DNA of 63,730 nt, counting the filler, from Reclinomonas americana ATCC 50394 (Eukaryota): NCBI GenBank assembly GCA_048213135.1. It is 4 parts of one record of this genome, joined end to end, with 100 filler letters (N's around TTAATTAATTAA, not from the genome) between each part and the next. Parts side by side here need not be neighbours in the genome. Positions count along the whole stretch, not along the records: positions 24,527 to 52,883 come from PS015028.1; 3 more parts are not named here. One strand, 5' to 3'. Positions within the stretch are counted from its first letter, which is position 1; every line of letters starts with the position of its first letter. Below the pieces are notes generated by a model. The model had not been told where the DNA came from. It worked only from the letters and a program-made list of their open reading frames with translations, and did no database searches. Positions 24,527 through 37,420 of the stretch are shown one piece after another. Both the position numbers and the translations under genes were made by a program.

Positions 24527-26451
24527 TCTTGGCCGTGTTTTTCGACGACTGCGACTTGTCCGGCGGCGAGCTGACCGCAGCAGCGCGCACGGCCTTGCTA
24601 ATGTCGCCATTGTGCGCTGTTGTGGTCGCGGACGTTGTCGTGGACTTGCTGGGCCGGCCACGAGGTCGCGTTTTTCCCCGTGGCGGCTCCAAGGACGGGA
24701 TCGACACTCGGGCCTGCGTGGAGCCCTTCTTTCCTCGCTTGCCACCACCACCAGCGCCACCGGTGGCGGCGGCACCAGCAGCAGCAGCAGTGGCGGCTAC
24801 CGCCTTTCCACGCGGCGTCGTTCGCTTCTTCGTGTGCCGTCTGCCTCCGCGGTAATCCGAGTCGTCATCGTCATCCTCGTCGCCGTCGTCGACAATATCG
24901 TCGTCGTCATCCGCTTTCATCCCCCGCTCATCCTCATCGTCGTCGTCGTCGTCGTCGTCGTCAGAATCCCCCTCGCTGTACCCGGAGTCATCGTCGTCGT
25001 CGTCGTCATCGTCATCCTCGACAAGCAGAGCACCTCGTCCTCCGTGCCGGCCAGCAGGTGCGCCGCCACGACCGGCCTTGGCCGAGGGCCGCTGTTTCTG
25101 TGCGGCGACAGCCACCGTGGCCAACCGGTCCAGGAGACTGCCGCTGCTGCTGCTCTTGCCACCGCCACCCCTGCCACCCACTACCGCCACTGCTGCTGAC
25201 GACGACGACGACGAAGCGGACATGGTGGGAAAAACGGGTGCTGCGGTCGGCGCGAACGGATTGGGAAAGGTGAAACCGGCTTGCGGTGTCAGCGGGTTCA
25301 CCGACGAGCCCACCACGCCGTGAGCCACATCAGGCTGACTTGCCGAAGCACCCGCAGCCGGCGTGGTGGCGGTGGTCATGCCGGCGCCAGAGGACGCCGA
25401 CAGCGAGGAAGCCGTTCGGCGATGGTACCTCATCTCAGGAATGTGATCGAAATACTCGCCAAGCGACCCGAGCCCCGCCACTGAGCCCAAGCAGAAGGTT
25501 GGCGAGTGGCGATTATCGAATGCGCCCGCCCCCGCTTCATGCATCATCGTGTCATGGTCACCGCCACCGCCCTTGGGGCCGTTGTCGTCATCATCGTCAT
25601 CATCCTCATCGTCATCGTCGTCGTCGCCAATGTCGACATCGACCATGAATCCGGAAGAGTACTGATTCTGGTTCTGCAACGCCTGCGAGGGAGTGAGGAG
25701 AATGTAGGAAACGAGATGAGCTGCTCGAAAAACGCAACAGAGGCGGCCAAGGAGTCGAGAGTGAACGACATGCGATGGCGTGCGTTGCCGCGCGTCGTCT
25801 TGTGCCTGCCCTGCGCTCCGGAGCGGAGAACGCCCTCTCCATCACTCGCCCCGTCGTCCTCTTCCTCGGACGAGTACACTGGAATGGTCGGCGCGTACGA
25901 CAGTGCCTGCCGAGCTGCACTCTCCCGCTTGTGTGACGCCATCGGCTGGGAGCTCTGGCTACTCGTGCGCGCCAGCATCTCGTAGGCTCGCCGCATGGCG
26001 GGATCGTGTTTCCCCTCATCAATGTCGTCACCGACGTCGTCGTCGTCGTGGTGGTGGCCATCGTCGTCATCCAAGTGCGCAGCTGGTGACAGGCGCGCCG
26101 GTGCTGCGGCTGGTGGTGGAGGTGGCGGCGGTGGTGACGCCGACCCCATCAGCATCGACGAGGAAGAGGGTGGCGAGTCACTCAGCAGGTCCACTCCGTC
26201 AATGTGCATGCGGGTCACCGGTCGCTTGCCGCTGAGAAACGAACCCATGGACGACAAGCTCACTTGACTCAACTCCCTGCTCCTCCCACTGTCAGTGAGA
26301 ATCGGCGAGAGTGGCACAAAAGTGTGTGAAGGCAAGGACGCAACTGCAGGTCGCCACTGCCACCACCGCCGCCGCCGCCTCCGGAGGAGCGCGGAGAGGA
26401 CAGCGGTGAGGGACCATCGAGCTCACTCAGCCGCTGCTGCTGAGCGGTCAT
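24527..26451 (-). CDS. Acidic low-complexity protein with an AT-hook, 3' end truncated by the scaffold end
   Basis: Three exons joined in frame by introns 26289-26344 and 25683-25738. Poly-Asp tracts and a TRPRGRPSK AT-hook core. Confidence 0.65.
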
Positions 26452-26867
26452 CTCTCCTGTGTGCGCACACACGTGTGAGAGAGGCGGAGAGGCGGAGAAA
26501 GAGAGAAAAGAGAAAAGAGAGAGAAAGAGAGAGTCTCTCTCGGATGCATGACATGCGATGACGTTATTCCCGCGCCACACGAGAGGAAAGTGCACAACAT
26601 GCACACACAAAAACATTTCACATGCGCGTGTGTGTGTGCACAACAGCATGCGAGAAAGGGAGAGCGCGCGCAAGTGTGTGTGTGTGTGCGTGAGGAGCAA
26701 TTGAAGCATACCTTTGGCGGTGCAAACGCGAAAGTAAAGTGTGTTTTTTGCGGGAGCGCTCGCGCGCCATTTGTCACGGACAAACGAGTGTGTGTGATCT
26801 ATTCGAGAGTGCGATTCGTGAAGAGCAAGAGCAACAAGAGAAAGTGAGTGCGACACAGCGACGACAG

Positions 26868-28111
26868 ATGTTCAGCTTGATTCCCCGTGATGATGACGAG
26901 GGCGTGATGTGCGGCGGTGATGTCGCCATCAGCGCGAAAGCGACCACCACCACCACAATGACGACGACGCGAGACTGCCTGGGCGAGAGCATCATGCTCA
27001 TTGAGGAGGACGACGCGAGCGGCAACAAGTCGTCGGCGGTGATGATGGATGTGGATGGGGAGGCGGATGAGTCGCCTGTGCGACTCTTGATCCCCATGCC
27101 GCTGGCACTGGGTGGCGTCGTGAGTCCCCCATGTCAGTGCACGGATGGCGTGATGCGTTTGGTGGCGCCGGCGCCGTCGCGCAACATGGAGAAGCTCATT
27201 GCTGAGCTCCATCAGGAGGTGAGTGCGGGTGTGTGTGTGTATTAGTGGAGGAAAGAGCGTTACATCAAATCCATGTGTGTGTGTGCGAGTGGAGAGCTGA
27301 TTTGGGGTGTTGCTCATGGCACCACGACTGACGCGCTCTCTTCTTCTCCTCTGCTTCTCCCTCTTCGCGTGTGTGGGAATAGTTTGCGGCGGCACGAGGG
27401 GGCCCAGTGAATGCGGAGCGCGTGCGCCACCTGATGGCGCGCACGGACATTACAGAGGAAGACCAACGCAAGTACCTCAAGTTTGATCCGTCCAGGTACA
27501 CGCGCAACTTGGTGTACAAGACCGACGAGTTTGCGCTGCTGTTCCTCTGCTGGCACTCGGGAGTCGAGAGGTGCGCTCTGTGCAACGTCACTTCGTGACA
27601 TTCGTTTCGCATATGCCGCATCTCGGAATCCTCACTCGTGCAACGCGACGCACGTACACGCAGCTCCATCCACGCGCATGGAGGCTCGCAGTGCTGGATG
27701 CGCCACGTGCAGGGCGAGTTGGTGGAGACGAGATACGCGTACCCCACTGACGAGGATGAGCGCATGAGCCGCCCGATGGTGGCGATGGAGACCACCAGCA
27801 TGACGTTCTCGCCGCAAGTCGACCAGCGATGTGTCTACATTGAGGGTGCGTGGCATCTGTGAGGGGGGGAGAGGAGGGTATATCCAATTTGAGATTCTGT
27901 ATTCGATGTTCACGTGTCTCACACGCGTATCGCGCATGTTGCAGATGAACTCGGCGTGCACAAGGTCAGCAACACGGGAGCGGTGCCGGCGGTGACTCTT
28001 CACTTGTATGCGCCGCCGATTGAGGAGGCATTGTGCTTTGATGCGGCCACATCACGCGCTCGGCGGTGTCGCGTCACGTACGACTCGGAGCTGGGTGTGT
28101 TCTCCACGTGA
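26868..28111 (+). CDS. CDO1: Cysteine dioxygenase
   Basis: YTRNLV, FALLFLCW, SIHAHGGSQCW (His, His and Cys93 equivalents), LGVHKVSN and AVTLHLYAPP (His155/Tyr157 equivalents). Start codon uncertain. Confidence 0.92.
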
Positions 28112-29142
28112 GCAGCTCCAGTCGGTGGTGACCTGTGGGTCGAGGAAGGTGTCGTGAGCGGAGCGGGGGAGGGAAGCAAGTGGAAAGAGGAGGAATATGC
28201 GAGTTATTATGTGTTTGCTGCAGTTCCTCTTGCCTTGCCCCTCGCCTCCCCTCCTCCTCTTGCTCGCCGTGTCCTTGTCTCTCCCCATTCTCTGTTTCTT
28301 CATCCCATTTCTTGTTCGCTGGGCGACGGTGTATGGTGAGGGGGTCTGTGGAGCGTGTTCAGCACCTCTCATCTATGCCTTCCACCATTCGCCGTCGCAA
28401 TTTCCTCATGTCACAACGCTTTGATGACCTCTGCTCTCTCTCTCTCTCTCTCATCTATCCNNNNNNNNNNNNNNNNNNNNNNNNNNNNNNNNNNNNNNNN
28501 NNNNNNNNNNNNNNNNNNNNNNNNNNNNNNNNNNNNNNNGCTCGACCAACATCTTCACCACCATTGCTGCTGCCTCCTCCTGCCGCCAAAGCCGCTGCTG
28601 CTGCGGCGGCTGCACGCTGTGCCTGCACTCGCTTCCAGTGAAACATCGACCGTCGCGCTCTCTTCTGTTGTCTCTCTCCACTACGACGTAAAAGTGCCCG
28701 ATCGAGGGAATTCACTTGAAGTTGGGTGGAATTCAATCGATCATGCGAGCGGTTTCATTGTTGTGCTCTCGCGATCTCGGAAAACGGTGATATGTACACC
28801 TTTTAACACACGAACAAACTTAAAAGAGATGGAAGGACGGGGGGAAGGCAGGNNNNNNNNNNNNNNNNNNNNNNNNNNNNNNNNNNNNNNNNNNNNNNNN
28901 NNNNNNNNNNNNNNNNNNNNNNNNNNNNNNNNNNNNNNNNNNNNNNNNNNNNNNNNNNNNNNNNNNNNNNNNNNNNNNNNNNNNNNNNNNNNNNNNNNNN
29001 NNNNNNNNNNNNNNNNNNNNNNNNNNNNNNNNNNNNNNNNNNNNNNNNNNNNNNNNAGCAGCAGGGTAAGTGAGGAAGAGAGAGAGAGAGAGAGAGAGAG
29101 GAGGGAGCACAGTGTCGCTCTGTGTATGTGTGTGTGTGTGTG

Positions 29143-32100
29143 ACACTGCTGGTGGCCTTGTCGCAGCCGATACACAACGCGCTCTTTGGTGGCGGCATCT
29201 GCGATCGACAAGCCGACGATGGTGGTGGTGGTGCGTGGCTGTATCTTTGTGTGTTTGTGTCGCCCTGGATGCCGTCAATGGGTAGTGACAAACACACGCA
29301 TGCACATAGAAGTCTTGCGCTGGAGGACAAGGAGGAGGAGGTGCAGAAGGAGAGGCAGAGGTTGCTGAATGCGCGCTGGATGATGGTGCGTGCACTTTGA
29401 TCACACTCGCCTGTTCGATTTTCCTGCTGACTGTGGTGTTGCGAATGGCGCGTGTGTGTGTGCGCCTCGTAGTTGGTGGTGGTGATCGCACGACGGGTTG
29501 TGAAGCAGAGTTGCGTGCTCATCGTCCATGTGTTTGTTTCGGGGGGTTTGCATGTCGCCAATGTGTCGACAGGCGGGCGATCGGCAAGGATCATTCGTGC
29601 ACTGTCGCGCCATCCGCGGCCGCCGTGGATGGTGATCAGGCGGATACTGTCCCCGTGTGTGGCGCGCCAGAGATCGAGTCGCCACTGGCTGAGGCGACAT
29701 CGCGCCTGGCGGAACATGTGAGTCGAAAGTGCCTTTTTCGGACCAGAATACCGACCAATCCCGTCCGGTTTCATGCGTGTTCGTAGTTTGTTCGACACCA
29801 TCCACAGGGTGCCCTGAAGCGACTGTTCTCCAGCGTTGCCGACGGCAGTGCGACGGAAGCTGCAGGCCACCCTTCCGTCCTCGACCTCGGGGACGAATTT
29901 CAGCCGGCGGTCAAGCGGCAGAACAACAACAACAACAACAGCAGGGCAGAAGTGTTGCGTCAGCGTGTGGGAAGTGATGTTCTTGTGGTGTGCTCACATC
30001 ACTCGCAGCAGTCGCCCGCGCTCCTGCTTCTTCCATACGGGCAGTGGCGTCGGAGGAGACGCGGCATTTGGCGAGGAAGACCATGGGGAGGAGCAGGGGG
30101 AGGAATCGAGTGGCCGGCTCTCCATCGACAGCGGTCGCGCAGATGATGGGTTGATCCACGACGAAGACTTTCACGGTGGCAGCGCACGCGACGAATGTGA
30201 CGAAGATGATCGAGATGACGTCGTCGGTGACCGTGCAAGCTCGAGTGTCGGCGACCGCACCTTCAATGCCGCAGTGGCAGCCACTGCGTTGGCGGCGGCA
30301 ACGGTGGCGGCGGCGGCGGCAACGACGGCAGCAGCAGGGGGTGAAGGAGGAGGAGGAGGAGGATCCGGAGGAGGAGTGCGGTACTCGACGACTGACATGC
30401 CATCACCTGCTGCCTCCACACCTCCACTCTTTCGATTCAAAAGCGGTGAGCAACGAGCGCACGCACGCTCTCTTTGGTGAAACAGCGAGTGATTCATCTA
30501 TGCTCCTGCCTGCAGGTCAGGGTCAAGTGTGGTCGCCGGGAGCCAACAGTGCCGGTGCAAACACAATGGACTCGCTCGTGCTGGTGCTCTCGCGTGATAC
30601 CTCGTTCGAGTTTGTGTATCGCGACTTGTCGACAACAGCCGTCTCGTCGCCGCGCACTGCAACGTCGCAGTTTGTGGTGTACTCGCCACCCGTCAGCCAT
30701 GCACACCCCGATCGCGAGTTGCTGGCACCCCCGTCGTCGTTCGAGTTCGGCATGGATATCCATGCACCGCCACCGGCCAGCGTAGGCCTTCTCTCTGGCC
30801 GACGACCGGAGCGACGCCCAACTCTACCCGCCGCCGCCACCGCCACCGCCACCGCCACCGCCACCGCCACCGCCACCGCCACCGCCACCGCCACCGCCAC
30901 CGCGTCCACAGCTGTAACAACTACTACCCCCACCACTGCCCCTGCCACTGCCGCCACCAACACCAACGCCGATGGCGTCGCGCACGCAGCCGCAGCCACC
31001 CCGACTGCTGTCGTGCCAACACCGACTCTGACGCCCTCGGAAACCACTGTGTTTGCTTCGCCGCAACTGCCGGTATCTCGCGGTCGTGCTACTGCACAGG
31101 TGCAGCGCTTGCACTTGCATCTCGACGCGAGGGATCTGGACGAACCACAGAAGCCACTGGAGCAGGATGCAGACGCTCTCAAAACCAGTGCGTTCATGCA
31201 GAGCGGCATCTTTGTTCTCTCAGTGTGCTGACCACGCCGTACCCCGCACAGGAGAAGAGCAGTGGCATCCGATCATAATTGTGCCGGAGGCGCGACACAT
31301 GAATCAGAACACACGACGCTTGCCACCGGCCGTGTTGCTGGTCAACCGCAACACATCGCTGGTGTGGCGCATCGGCAGCGACAATCTGGTGCAGGCAACA
31401 ACCCTCGCTTTGGTTGGTGATTGAGAAGCTTGTGCCATCAAGACTGTCGTCTGTTGACTGCTGTGATGCATACAGGAACGGGCGTGGCTCCTCAACAAGC
31501 TGATCACCAATTTGCGTCGAAGCCGCTTCATGTCCACCGTGTTCAGTTTCGTTGGTGCCCTCGATTCTCTCTGCTGTCCCAAGAACGATGCCAACAACTG
31601 ACTGCATGTGCAGGTACGACAATATTGCACTGGGCCTTTGGCATCAGTCTGGCAGATCCGGATAACCTGCGTCGAGTGCGTGTGCATGATGTTGCAGTGG
31701 CGGTGAACCTCGCTGTCTGCTGCTCATTGTGTGCCATGCGCAGGCCTCGACATTTGTGCTGCGCAACTTTTACAAGTTGCTGACTTTCGGCAAGGTGATC
31801 CCGACGCTCATCGAGGCACACGCCGCCGACGATATCGCTCTGGGGAAGCTGGCTCGCGATATGTCGACTCGAGCGGAACGCGAGAGCGGCCAAGCGTATG
31901 CTGCAACGCTGCAACAATTTCACGAGCAAAACTACCGCGCGTTGCGTTTATGTATCGTGACAGCACACCCCCTCTTGCCCATGTACACGTTGTCACCGCA
32001 CCCCGATCCACTCGCAGCTTCTGGAACAGCTCCAGTTTCACCTTCACCTGCCACGAGAGCCAGCACGCGCGGCGCATTCCGCTCTACGTCGAATGCCTGC

Positions 32101-32270
32101 GTTCCGTCCTCGATGCACACGAGGCGCCGGGCCAGTGTCCGCGCATCCTGAGCAAGACTCGCCTATACGAGCTGGTGATTGTGATTGGCGATTGCTTTCC
32201 TGCCGACCTGCTGCGCACACTGCACGTCACGCTGGCGCTCTCCGCATTCGAGCGGGACGCTTCGCGAATG
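29143..32270 (+). CDS. Hypothetical multi-exon protein (Cys-rich N-region, low-complexity middle, globular C-region), both ends uncertain
   Basis: Consecutive open exons separated by GT-AG introns (e.g. 31941-32017). No family recognised. Confidence 0.55.
30834..30903 (+). repeat. (GCCACC)n coding hexamer repeat encoding (Ala-Thr)n
   Basis: About 11 perfect copies. Confidence 0.9.
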
Positions 32271-32743
32271 GTGAGCTCGCGTGACGAGTGCACTCATCCA
32301 CGGACTTTNNNNNNNNNNNNNNNNNNNNNNNNNNNNNNNNNNNNNNNNNNNNNNNNNNNNNNNNNNNNNNNNNNNNNNNNNNNNNNNNNNNNNNNNNNNN
32401 NNNNNNNNNNNNNNNNNNNNNNNNNNNNNNNNNNNNNNNNNNNNNNNNNNNNNNNNNNNNNNNNNNNNNNNNNNNNNNNNNNNNNNNNNNNNNNNNNNNN
32501 NNNNNNNNNNNNNNNNNNNNNNNNNNNNNNNNNNNNNNNNNNNNNNNNNNNNNNNNNNNNNNNNNNNNNNNNNNNNNNNNNNNNNNNNNNNNNNNNNNNN
32601 NNNNNNNNNNNNNNNNNNNNNNNNNNNNNNNNNNNNNNNNNNNNNNNNNNNNNNNNNNNNNNNNNNNNNNNNNNNNNNNNNNNNNNNNNNNNNNNNNNNN
32701 NNNNNNNNNNNNNNNNNNNNNNNNNNNNNNNNNNNNNNNNNNN

Positions 32744-35449
32744 AGTGAGAACTTGGCGCGCGTAGCGTAGCGGTCCACCTGCCGAATCTTCTCCTTGAGG
32801 GTCTCCACCAGATCGTCGCCGTCGGCCTCGATGTCGTGCTCCAGTCCTGCCGTGAGGAGGTAAAATGTGAGGAGGCTGTTCTTCACGTGTATGTGTGTAT
32901 GCATGCATGCAAGTGTGTGGTTGTGCATACAGCGAACCATGCCACAAGCACTTGATGTGATACGTGTGCCTGCCGCGGAACTGAGGTGCCAGGAAAAACT
33001 GCAGACCGAGGAATACGCGGGCCCCATTCTGCACAATCGGAACCGTGCGTTAGACATGAAGCACATTGCTTTTCTTTCTTTGCCTCCACACTGGCACGCA
33101 CCACAATGCCCACTTGAGGCAGCGAGTCGTCATCGTTCTGAAAACGAGAGATCACAGATGAGATCATGCAAGAAAAACAAGTGAGTGCAATGAGTGAGTG
33201 CGCGCACCAGCTCCTGCGACGGGTGCGGGTAGAACAGTCGCTGTTGCGAGTGATGAATGGTCCTCATGCCGTACTTGCCGTCCACGGGGGTTTGGCTCGG
33301 ATCGAGGAAGGCCAAGTGAATGGCGCGCTTCAGCGCAGCCACCGATGCGTTGTCGCGAATGATGAGCGAGACGGGTGCCAGAGTGTTGCCTGCGCGTGCA
33401 CATCAACATGTGAGGCGAAACATACACACAGAGAAAAAAAAAAGAGAGCCTTTCTTTGTCGGCAAACGCACCAACGAGCTCCTCCAGAGGCTGGACATAA
33501 ATGCGGAATTCTCCGGCATACGGTGGCTGCTCCACCACTCCCTTCTCCACCACCAACGGCGCATACACTCCCGGCGACGAGAACACCAGTTCTCGGCTCT
33601 CCCAGTCGACCACCTAAACACACGCAGTGGGGTGAGAATGAAGAAGACGAGTGGAGAGAGAGAGAACAGAGAGAGCTCACCGTTTTGGCCGACAGCGTGT
33701 GGCTCTCGTGGGAGGAGTATGAGTCGCTGTCTTCCTCACGTCCACGTCCGGCTGCTGCCGCCGCGGACTGCAACAGGATATGAGACAGGGCACAGGGCGG
33801 AAGCATGGAGTCGTTGTAATTATCACGCACCACATCAGACGAGTACATGTGAGAGGCCGATGGTGACAGCTGGACAGAAGGGTGAGCAGTCGCCACACAG
33901 GCACACNNNNNNNNNNNNNNNNNNNNNNNNNNNNNNNNNNNNNNNNNNNNNNNNNNNNNNNNNNNNNNNNNNNNNNNNNNNNNNNNNNNNNNNNNNNNNN
34001 NNNNNNNNNNNNNNNNNNNNNNNNNNNNNNNNNNNNNNNNNNNNNNNNNNNNNNNNNNNNNNNNNNNNNNNNNNNNNNNNNNNNNNNNNNNNNNNNNNNN
34101 NNNNNNNNNNNNNNNNNNNNNNNNNNNNNNNNNNNNNNNNNNNNNNNNNNNNNNNNNNNNNNNNNNNNNNNNNNNNNNNNNNNNNNNNNNNNNNNNNNNN
34201 NNNNNNNNNNNNNNNNNNNNNNNNNNNNNNNNNNNNNNNNNNNNNNNNNNNNNNNNNNNNNNNNNNNNNNNNNNNNNNNNNNNNNNNNNNNNNNNNNNNN
34301 NNNNNNNNNNNNNNNNNNNNNNNNNNNNNNNNNNNNNNNNNNNNNNNNNNNNNNNNNNNNNNNNNNNNNNNNNNNNNNNNNNNNNNNNNNNNNNNNNNNN
34401 NNNNNNNNNNNNNNNNNNNNNNNNNNNNNNNNNNNNNNNNNNNNNNNNNNNNNNNNNNNNNNNNNNNNNNNNNNNNNNNNNNNNNNNNNNNNNNNNNNNN
34501 NNNNNNNNNNNNNNNNNNNNNNNNNNNNNNNNNNNNNNNNNNNNNNNNNNNNNNNNNNNNNNNNNNNNNNNNNNNNNNNNNNNNNNNNNNNNNNNNNNNN
34601 NNNNNNNNNNNNNNNNNNNAATTCACCACTCCCCGACTCACCTCATTCTGTGACTGCTCTGCCAGACGACGCTCGTGAATGCGACGAGCCGCCTCCTCCT
34701 GCACGAGGCTCACGGTGCGAAGGGCAGCCTCCTGCACGCCAGAGTCAGTCGTGCGAATTCAGCAACAAAACTCCCCTTTCACAAGTCACCAGTGCCGGGC
34801 CCGAATCCTCCGCGTCCAACGCCTGCTCCGCCGCCGTCGGCCCGTCCAAATCCACCTCGCGCAGCGCCTGCGACGACGGCGACGAGGCCGACGAGGTCGG
34901 CGAGCCGCCCGGCGATCTTGACGAGCGCACCGGCTGCGCCTCATCATCACCATCATCCCCATACATGTTGCCGTTGCCGTGCACACCAGTAGACGCCACA
35001 CGCGCCTGATCTTGCATATCCTTCAAAAACATGCGCTCCGCCAGCGTGGTGCTGGCGCGCGCCTCCGACTTGGCCTGCACCTCCAAAATCGCCAAGCTCT
35101 CAATCGACAGCTGCGACAGCGTAAACGTGTCGAACTCCGAGTGCAACACAATGCCGCCATACACCAGCTCCTCCGTATCCGGGTCAAAAATGTCCTTTTT
35201 GTGTGAGTTGNNNNNNNNNNNNNNNNNNNNTGCAAGAGTGAGACCACCAATGGTGGCGATGATGATACCGAGAGTGATTGTGGGTGAAATTACCTTCAAG
35301 GACACGCGCTCCTTGAGCGAGGCCAGCGTATCAGACTCGCTGATACGCACACTGAGCGTCTGCGAGGACGCTTGCGGTCGCAAGTACACCAGCATCCCTG
35401 CGTGCGAGAGAGAGAGAGAAGAAAGGGCACCGCTTCTCACTTGAGTCAT
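32744..35449 (-). CDS. Protein with multiple ubiquitin-like domains, 3' end in gap
   Basis: MLVYLRPQ...TLSVRISESDTLASLKERV...EELVYGGIVL; SVAALKRAI...QQRLFY...DDDSLPQVGIV; EHDIEADGDDLVETLKEKI. These are three beta-grasp-like units. Confidence 0.6.
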
Positions 35450-36359
35450 CGGAGAAAACAAGCGTGCGCGTGAGAGTGACAGAGAGAGCGAGAGGAGAGC
35501 AAGCGGTGGGCACACGAGACAGACTCGCTGAGAGGCACAGAGAGAGAGTTGAGTGTGTCTACAAAGAGAGTGGAGCCGCGCGCGAGATGCCATGGCCCGC
35601 TCAGCAGAACACACTCGCAGACACGCAGACAGAGCGCCAACTCTTCCCCCGCTCTCTCTCATGCGCACAGACACAGACACAGAGACACATCTACAAAGAG
35701 AGAGAGATGGAAGAAGAGGAGCCACACACGCCCGCTCACTTGCCTCTCGTGTAATACAGAAGATTAATGGATTAACCGGACCGTGGATTGCTGTGCATCG
35801 CAATGTCTCAATACCTGTTCACGCGCGAGGTTGCCTCCTCTGAGGACCAGCAGCTGCCCGACGCACACACCACGCATGGCATTCACCAGCACATGCGCGT
35901 GAACGGTTTGCAATGGAAAAAACCATCATCTGCATGCATGTTTTTTTGCTCACTCACTCNNNNNNNNNNNNNNNNNNNNNNNNNNNNNNNNNNNNNNNNN
36001 NNNNNNNNNNNNNNNNNNNNNNNNNNNNNNNNNNNNNNNNNNNNNNNNNNNNNNNNNNNNNNNNNNNNNNNNNNNNNNNNNNNNNNNNNNNNNNNNNNNN
36101 NNNNNNNNNNNNNNNNNNNNNNNNNNNNNNNNNNNNNNNNNNNNNNNNNNNNNNNNNNNNNNNNNNNNNNNNNNNNNNNNNNNNNNNNNNNNNNNNNNNN
36201 NNNNNNNNNNNNNNNNNNNNNNNNNNNNNNNNNNNNNNNNNNNNNNNNNNNNNNNNNNNNNNNNNNNNNNNNNNNNNNNNNNNNNNNNNCCGCTGTGTGC
36301 GCGTGACAGTGAGCGACCTCACATGCGTGAGAGAAGAGTCAAGGTTGATTGCATCGCAC

Positions 36360-36639
36360 CAATGACTTCCTCTGGTGGACCCTCGTCCCTCCAGCCTCCA
36401 CCACCGCCACCATAGCCGCCGCCACCACCATAGCCGCCACCACCACCACGACCTGCTCAACGCGCACAGTGAGTACACACACACACGCGACATGGCCGAA
36501 ACATGCACATCGCACCGCCTCCACGTCCACCCCCAAAGCCGCCACCACCGCGTCCACCGCCAAAGCCTCCACCGCGTCCGCCACCACCAAAGCCACCTCG
36601 TCCACCGCCACCGCCAAAGCCACCTCCACGACCGCGCAT
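36360..36639 (-). CDS. GAR1: H/ACA snoRNP protein GAR1, N-terminal exons only
   Basis: RGG/FGG repeats followed by WRDEGPPEEVI, the start of the GAR1 core. The remainder lies in the gap. Confidence 0.8.
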
Positions 36640-36699
36640 TGTGTGTGAGAGATGAAAGTGACTTTTGATCCATTGGCATTCCACTCACACGCACTTCAA

Positions 36700-37272
36700 A
36701 TGGCGACGGCGACGGCACCGGCTCAGGCGCAAGAGGTCACCGCAGAGGATCAGCGCAACATCAACACGTTTGGTCGGTTGACCACGCGGTTGAAGCAGCT
36801 GGATGGAGAGATCAATGCGCTGAAGGTCACACATACACGCGCTCTTGCACACACTCACGCGCGCGTTCCTCACACTCTCTTGCGTTGCAGGCTGAGATCA
36901 CCAAGATCGACAATGCAGTGGACGAGGCCATGCTGTGCGACGATGTGAGGTACGCACATGTGTGTGAGAGAGACAACATGGGTGTTGCTCACACACACAC
37001 TGTCACACAAGGATCGCCATGGGCGACGGCTTTGTCAAGGTGACCTCGGACCAGGCAGAGAGCATGCTCACCGAGTTGGGCGCCTCACTAAAGGAGGACG
37101 TTGCGTGTGTTTGTGTGTGCGCGCTTGTCACCCACACCTCAACGCTCATTGTGTGTTGTCTCAGTTGACGAGAAAGGAGGCTGAGGTGGAGACCATTAGC
37201 GCCACCACCACGCGACTCAAGGCCGTCCTGTATGGCAAGTTCGGCTCCTCCATCAATCTCGACGAGAAGTAG
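36700..37272 (+). CDS. PFDN4: Prefoldin subunit 4
   Basis: EVTAEDQRNINTFGRL...IAMGDGFV...LKAVLYGKFGSSINLDEK*; 3 introns. Confidence 0.93.
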
Positions 37273-37420
37273 TCTCTGTGTGTGCGGGCGTGCAGGCGCA
37301 ATGAGTGGTGCTGCAAGGACGACGATCATTGTATGCACTCGTGGGACGTATAAGGGAAAGGAGCGCTTGCAGGTGAACGTGTCAGGGTGCGATCCATGTG
37401 TGCTGCTCGGAGGGAGAGTG

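Noticed and set aside
28700-28742. Imperfect hairpin GATCGA..GAATTC...GAATTC..TCGATC
   Set aside because: Short isolated stem with no recognisable snRNA, tRNA or snoRNA motifs.
35016-35025. ATATCCTTC U12-like donor on the plus strand
   Set aside because: It lies antisense within a minus-strand exon (LKDMQ), with no plus-strand gene context.
35805-35830. ATACCTG resembling the U1 snRNA 5' end
   Set aside because: No ACTTACCTG, no recognisable U1 stem-loops and no Sm site downstream.
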